From: Naegleria gruberi
Taxonomy: Eukaryota
Direction: 5' to 3' (one strand)
DNA: 2,282 nt
Assembly (NCBI GenBank): GCA_000004985.1
Contig: GG739274.1
The stretch's first letter is position 1; every line of letters begins with the position of its first letter. Positions 1 to 2,282 of the stretch are shown one piece after another. A model generated the notes under the pieces. It was not told the DNA's origin, searched no databases, and worked only from the letters and a program-made list of their open reading frames with translations. The position numbers were made by a program, and so were the translations under genes.

Positions 1-1
1 C

Positions 2-676
2 ATGAAAAAGTCTGTTCCAGATATGCCAGCAATTACCTTTTCTAATACCATTCAAATATGTTATTGGAGAAAGGTATTGGTTTCATCCTTGACAAGCATT
101 GTTGGAGAATCCATTGATAATAACGGAAATAAGATTTCAATACAATCTGGATTAGCAACACACCCGTCAGTTTCACAATTGAACTACATTACATTAGCTT
201 TGAAAACTGAATCCCCTACCGACAGGTTAATCTTTGACTTTTCAATACTTGAAATTGATAATGTCTCATCAGATAAGAGCCTCATATCAGTATTCTTTGA
301 TACCACTTTTCCTTTCTACTATTGTTCCTATTGGGATAATGCATGGAATCAGACAGTGGTTGGAGGTGCTTGTAACATTAATTACTCAGGAAAAAGTTCA
401 ATTGGCACCATCTCTGCATCAATTGAAAAGACTGGTCGATTTTCCATTATCCGTGATCCAGGAGAGGGAGGAGAGAGCTTTATCAGGAATAATTATGATT
501 TGTTTGCCCTATTTGCATTGTTGATTATTCCAATTGTGTGCATAATTATTGTATTGTTGGTAGCCATTTACTTGTTGAGAAAGAGAAAGATCAAAACCAA
601 CTTGGAAAATAATGATGTTGATATTGTGAATGTGCGTGAACCTAAACAAACACTTATCAGTAATCAACACTTTTAA
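2..676 (+). CDS. C-terminal portion (5'-truncated at the window edge) of a type I single-pass membrane glycoprotein of unrecognised family. The ectodomain carries 3 Cys and 3 N-glycosylation sequons. It is followed by a TM helix and a short basic/acidic cytoplasmic tail.
   Basis: Open frame of 224 codons running from the first full codon of the window to TAA at 674-676. Codon usage is yeast-like (TTG Leu, AGA Arg, CCA Pro). Sequons are N87-V-S, N116-Q-T and N127-Y-S. A hydrophobic stretch [26 protein letters not shown] (aa 167-192) is followed immediately by RKRKIK. The N-terminal residues in the window ([13 protein letters not shown]...) do not look like a signal peptide, so the ATG at 2-4 is probably internal and the gene continues upstream. 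AT-rich 3'-end signals follow the stop. Confidence 0.75.
   Translation: MKKSVPDMPAITFSNTIQICYWRKVLVSSLTSIVGESIDNNGNKISIQSGLATHPSVSQLNYITLALKTESPTDRLIFDFSILEIDNVSSDKSLISVFFDTTFPFYYCSYWDNAWNQTVVGGACNINYSGKSSIGTISASIEKTGRFSIIRDPGEGGESFIRNNYDLFALFALLIIPIVCIIIVLLVAIYLLRKRKIKTNLENNDVDIVNVREPKQTLISNQHF
500..577 (+). other. Predicted transmembrane helix of the 2..676 protein (aa 167-192), followed by an RKRK stop-transfer cluster at 578-589.
   Basis: 26 consecutive hydrophobic residues (L, F, A, I, V, one internal Cys) flanked by D166 upstream and RKRKIK downstream. This is the classic N-out/C-in topology signal. Confidence 0.6.
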
Positions 677-760
677 AAATATAAATCAAAATCATGTAAT
701 TAACAAATCCTTAATAAAAATAAACTGTTTTAGTAAAGTTCTTTGCAGTTATCATATTTT
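677..760 (+). terminator. Probable 3'-end formation/polyadenylation region for the 2..676 gene, with yeast-type AT-rich efficiency and positioning elements.
   Basis: Immediately after TAA come 'aaatataaatcaaaatcatgtaattaacaaatccttaataaaaataaactgtttt'. This contains ATATAAAT and AATAAAAATAAA motifs, which resemble yeast TATATA-type efficiency elements and A-rich positioning elements. The call rests on inference from sequence only. Confidence 0.35.
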
Positions 761-1051
761 TTAATTGTTGTTAGGAAATCAGTATAAAATAAAGGTTTCA
801 AAATTGTTCATTACTGCTGATATTTCTTTCCAAAAACCCATTCAATTTCAGGTTCTTTCAATGGTCCATAACTTTACAACAGCACCCAATATGGTAATCC
901 GAAAATCTGTCCAATTCAATCTTAATACCAACATAAGTATGGAAATAGGTATTGTGGATATTTGTCTAGAATAGTCAGTTGTTGCAACATCACTCGAAAT
1001 AAAACAATAACCAGATCATTAAGGCAATAGGAAAATACATGCTCTAATATC

Positions 1052-1077
1052 CCTCTCTCATTGAAAGGCCTCTCTCA
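1052..1077. repeat. Perfect 9-bp direct repeat CCTCTCTCA ... CCTCTCTCA (1052-1060 and 1069-1077) separated by 8 bp. It is a pyrimidine-rich candidate cis-element about 230-250 bp upstream of the small ORF at 1304.
   Basis: Read directly from the sequence: 'ccctctctcattgaaaggcctctctcaactg'. Function unknown. Confidence 0.5.
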
Positions 1078-1303
1078 ACTGTTCAAGATTAACCTTTCCA
1101 GCCGTAATTACTATTACCAAAAATAATCCGATGTATCAATTAGTACTGACCTATCAGCAAGAGCATTGATTTCTGCCGATTCTAATGCACAGTTGGTCCT
1201 ATTCATCAAACCATGTAGGCACTTATGATATTGGTTTAAATTGCAATGTGGTTACCATTCTGCATTTGTATGGAAGATGCTAAGTGATTGCTAAAATTTT
1301 TGA

Positions 1304-1459
1304 ATGCCAAAACAAATATCAGGCATTCTTGCAGCCTGGTTAACTTCAACTTTGGTGGGAACTATGTTGATTGTCTTGGTCAGCTTGATTAGTGCTTTGT
1401 GTTGCTACTTTATGTGTTGCTACAGAAAGAGAAAGAGACTCTCTCCTATGAACAGTTAA
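1304..1459 (+). CDS. Candidate small ORF (51 aa) encoding a single-pass hydrophobic micro-protein: MPKQISGILAAWLTSTLVGTMLIVLVSLISALCCYFMCCYRKRKRLSPMNS. It was not in the supplied ORF track, presumably because it falls below the length cutoff.
   Basis: An ATG at 1304 is preceded by an in-frame TGA (1301-1303), and the frame is open to TAA at 1457-1459. Codon usage matches the flanking genes (Leu TTG x5, Arg AGA x3, AAG Lys). The stretch is a local GC-richer, G/T-rich island in otherwise AT-rich intergenic DNA. The ORF predicts a ~30-residue TM segment followed by a CCYFMCCY and RKRKR cluster, a palmitoylation-like Cys motif plus stop-transfer. Two points argue against it. The ATG context is poor (T at -3). 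The ORF ends 1 nt from the stop of the convergent gene, leaving no room for a non-overlapping 3' UTR. Confidence 0.35.
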   Translation: MPKQISGILAAWLTSTLVGTMLIVLVSLISALCCYFMCCYRKRKRLSPMNS

Positions 1460-1460
1460 T

Positions 1461-2153
1461 TTATTTCAAATACATGCCATATTCTTCATCATATTCTGCA
1501 ATGTACTGATCTATTTCATCTTCTTCGTCATCTTCCAAATTTTCACCACTAGTTGTCTTTAGTAAGGTACTTGCTTTGGATTTTTCCAAACTGATAGATG
1601 GTTTTGAATTCTTCTTCTTTTTCTTTTTAATTTCCGCACCTTGGGATGTTTCATCAATAGGTTCTGTAGGATTTAAGTAAGAATCGATAATTGGGAAAAT
1701 TTCCTTAGAGGTGATCAGATCAATTCTCTTATTCTTATCCCAAAATACATGTTCATCTCTATAGATCAAACTCTGAATACGATGTTGAGGCAAATCTTCC
1801 TTCAATTCACTATTCTCATATTCACTGTAAGAGATGAACACATCTCCTTCAAAACGATCCTTATAGATCATGGCCAAATTTTGCATGACATCTGCCAATG
1901 ATTCATCCCAATTCAAACGATCAATCACCTCTTTGCATGTTTGAAAACGTTCCTTTTTCTGATTCATCAATTCTTCTTCCTCCTTTGAAAGTGGAGAAGA
2001 GCCACTACTTTTCTTGTAATATTCCATCATGGAAGGAGAGGAGGAGAGATGACTCGGAGAGGAAGAAATTACATCAGAATTTGCATTGGAAGATGATCTA
2101 GATCTTGACGATGAAGAAGAAGGTTGAATAAAACGAGGAATACTTTGGGACAT
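1461..2153 (-). CDS. Complete 230-aa protein with a Ser-rich low-complexity N-terminus and a central MJ1316/DUF504 (UPF0248)-like domain. A KKKKKK/NLS-like basic patch and an acidic D/E/Y-rich C-terminal tail follow. Function uncharacterised; the domain family is predicted to bind RNA 2',3'-cyclic phosphate ends.
   Basis: 693-nt open frame from ATG (complement of 2151-2153, context gaaaATGTCC with A at -3) to TAA (complement of 1461-1463). Codon usage is yeast-like. The central block KEVIDRLNWDE...MIYKDRFEGDVFISYSEY...LPQHRIQSLIYRDEHVFWDKNKRIDLI matches my recollection of the MJ1316 motif pattern (V..R..WD ... Y.DRF.g ... IP.HRI ... g.V.W.R.kRID). This is a recall-based assignment and has not been checked by HMM search. 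Confidence 0.85.
   Translation of the reverse strand: MSQSIPRFIQPSSSSSRSRSSSNANSDVISSSPSHLSSSPSMMEYYKKSSGSSPLSKEEEELMNQKKERFQTCKEVIDRLNWDESLADVMQNLAMIYKDRFEGDVFISYSEYENSELKEDLPQHRIQSLIYRDEHVFWDKNKRIDLITSKEIFPIIDSYLNPTEPIDETSQGAEIKKKKKKNSKPSISLEKSKASTLLKTTSGENLEDDEEDEIDQYIAEYDEEYGMYLK
1611..1628 (-). other. Hexa-lysine run (KKKKKK, aa 176-181) encoded by mixed AAA/AAG codons within a basic patch KKKKKKNSKPSISLEKSK. This is a candidate classical nuclear localisation signal.
   Basis: The plus strand reads 'cttcttctttttcttttt', whose reverse complement is aaaaagaaaaagaagaag. The basic cluster is followed by an acidic tail. The NLS call is an inference. Confidence 0.3.
1713..1958 (-). other. MJ1316/DUF504-like domain (approximately aa 66-147 of the minus-strand protein).
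   Basis: Motif similarity as described for the CDS. The domain sits between two low-complexity regions, the S-rich aa 11-42 and the K-rich/acidic aa 175-226. Confidence 0.45.
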
Positions 2154-2282
2154 TTTCTACTATTAACTTGTTGATATCGGAAGGATGAGAATTTTCTATA
2201 CAAAATACTAATACTAATAATAATACTATAAATTACAAAATATAATACACTCTAATGTTACAAAATATATTGATAACTAAAA
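2154..2282 (-). promoter_or_regulatory. 5' UTR and core promoter region of the minus-strand gene. It is AT-rich, with TATA-like elements about 70-90 bp upstream of the ATG and a short ATACTA hexamer tandem repeat (2205-2228).
   Basis: The sequence upstream of the ATG on the minus strand is very AT-rich. TATAAAT lies at 2227-2233 on the plus strand, with TATA-like strings (tatagta, tatatttt) on the minus strand. The A-rich start context 'agtagaaaATG' is typical of yeast. The region extends beyond the window edge. Confidence 0.35.

Noticed and set aside
234-524. 96-aa ORF in an alternative + frame, entirely inside the 2..676 CDS.
   Set aside because: It is embedded in a longer, better-supported frame that has clear membrane-protein features. 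In this AT-rich DNA, an alternative-frame ORF of this length is expected by chance.
765-974. 69-aa ORF in the intergenic spacer.
   Set aside because: The ORF caller started it at a TTG codon. This is a eukaryotic sequence where non-ATG starts are not credible, and the first in-frame ATG is far downstream. The peptide has no recognisable features, and the DNA composition is intergenic-like (AT-rich).
1080-1090. 'tgttcaagatt', a weak resemblance to a tRNA B-box (GGTTCGANTCC).
   Set aside because: It has five mismatches to the consensus. There is no A-box at the right spacing upstream and no cloverleaf-compatible flanks on either strand.
1140-1215. Possible minus-strand C/D-box snoRNA. It would have a UUGAUGA C-box (complement of 1203-1209) and a CUGA D-box (complement of 1154-1157) about 45 nt apart, with a 4-bp ccua/uagg terminal pairing.
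   Set aside because: The C-box begins with U rather than R. There are no internal D'/C' boxes. The unit would be only ~70 nt, and the terminal stem is 4 bp and not adjacent to the C-box. This is within the range of chance motif co-occurrence.
677-1303. Possible spliceosomal introns joining the intergenic ORF fragments or the small ORF to an upstream exon.
   Set aside because: There is no canonical yeast 5' splice site (GTATGT) on either strand in the spacer. The only branch-point-like string on the plus strand (TACTGAC at 1144-1150) is 4 nt from the nearest AG (1156-1157). The candidate 3' sites at 1316-1322 and 1327-1332 have no upstream TACTAAC.
1486-1972. Several TGATGA (C-box-like) hexamers on the minus strand, at the complements of about 1486-1492, 1652-1657 and 1962-1967.
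   Set aside because: All lie inside the 1461..2153 CDS, where they encode Asp-Glu (GAT GAA) dipeptides of the acidic regions. They are a coding by-product, not snoRNA boxes.
1898-2101. 67-aa ORF antisense to the 1461..2153 gene.
   Set aside because: It lies wholly inside, and antisense to, a well-supported CDS. Such shadow ORFs are typical chance events.
1-2282. A prokaryotic interpretation (operon, defence system, CRISPR, mobile element).
   Set aside because: There are no Shine-Dalgarno sequences and no tight gene packing. The AT-rich 3' regions carry TATATA/AATAAA-like 3'-end signals. The start context of the minus-strand gene is A-rich. The proteins have low-complexity Ser/Lys/acidic tracts. 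There is a type I glycoprotein layout with N-x-S/T sequons. All of this points to a fungal nuclear locus, and I found no repeats resembling a CRISPR array or terminal inverted repeats.

Overview
This 2282-bp window is AT-rich (~65-70% AT) and looks like eukaryotic nuclear DNA, most likely from a budding yeast (Saccharomycotina). The codon usage supports this: TTG dominates for Leu and AGA for Arg, with CCA for Pro, TCT for Ser and GGA for Gly. The start context of the minus-strand gene is A-rich (gaaaATGTCC). Both 3' regions are AT-rich, with TATATA/AATAAA-like 3'-end signals downstream of the plus-strand stop codon. I found no Shine-Dalgarno sites or operon-like packing.

There are two confident protein-coding genes in convergent orientation.

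(1) 2..676 (+) is the C-terminal ~224 codons of a type I single-pass membrane glycoprotein. It has three N-x-S/T sequons, then a 26-residue TM helix, then an RKRK stop-transfer motif and a 32-residue cytoplasmic tail. The ORF almost certainly continues upstream of the window.

(2) 1461..2153 (-) is complete and encodes a 230-aa protein. It has a Ser-rich N-terminus and a central block that, from memory of the family, resembles the MJ1316/DUF504 (UPF0248, Pfam PF04457) domain. This is followed by a KKKKKK basic patch and an acidic Asp/Glu/Tyr tail.

The ~630-bp region between the two genes holds a further 51-codon ATG-initiated ORF (1304-1459, +) that the supplied track did not list. It has strongly yeast-like codon usage and is almost entirely a predicted TM helix with a CCYxxCCY-RKRKR juxtamembrane motif. 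Its stop codon sits 1 nt from the stop of the minus-strand gene. I rate it a plausible but unproven small membrane protein gene.

I found no tRNA, rRNA, transposon or CRISPR features. I see nothing here that I could defend as a new multi-gene 'system'. The most interesting items are the uncharacterised MJ1316-like protein and the candidate micro-protein abutting it.
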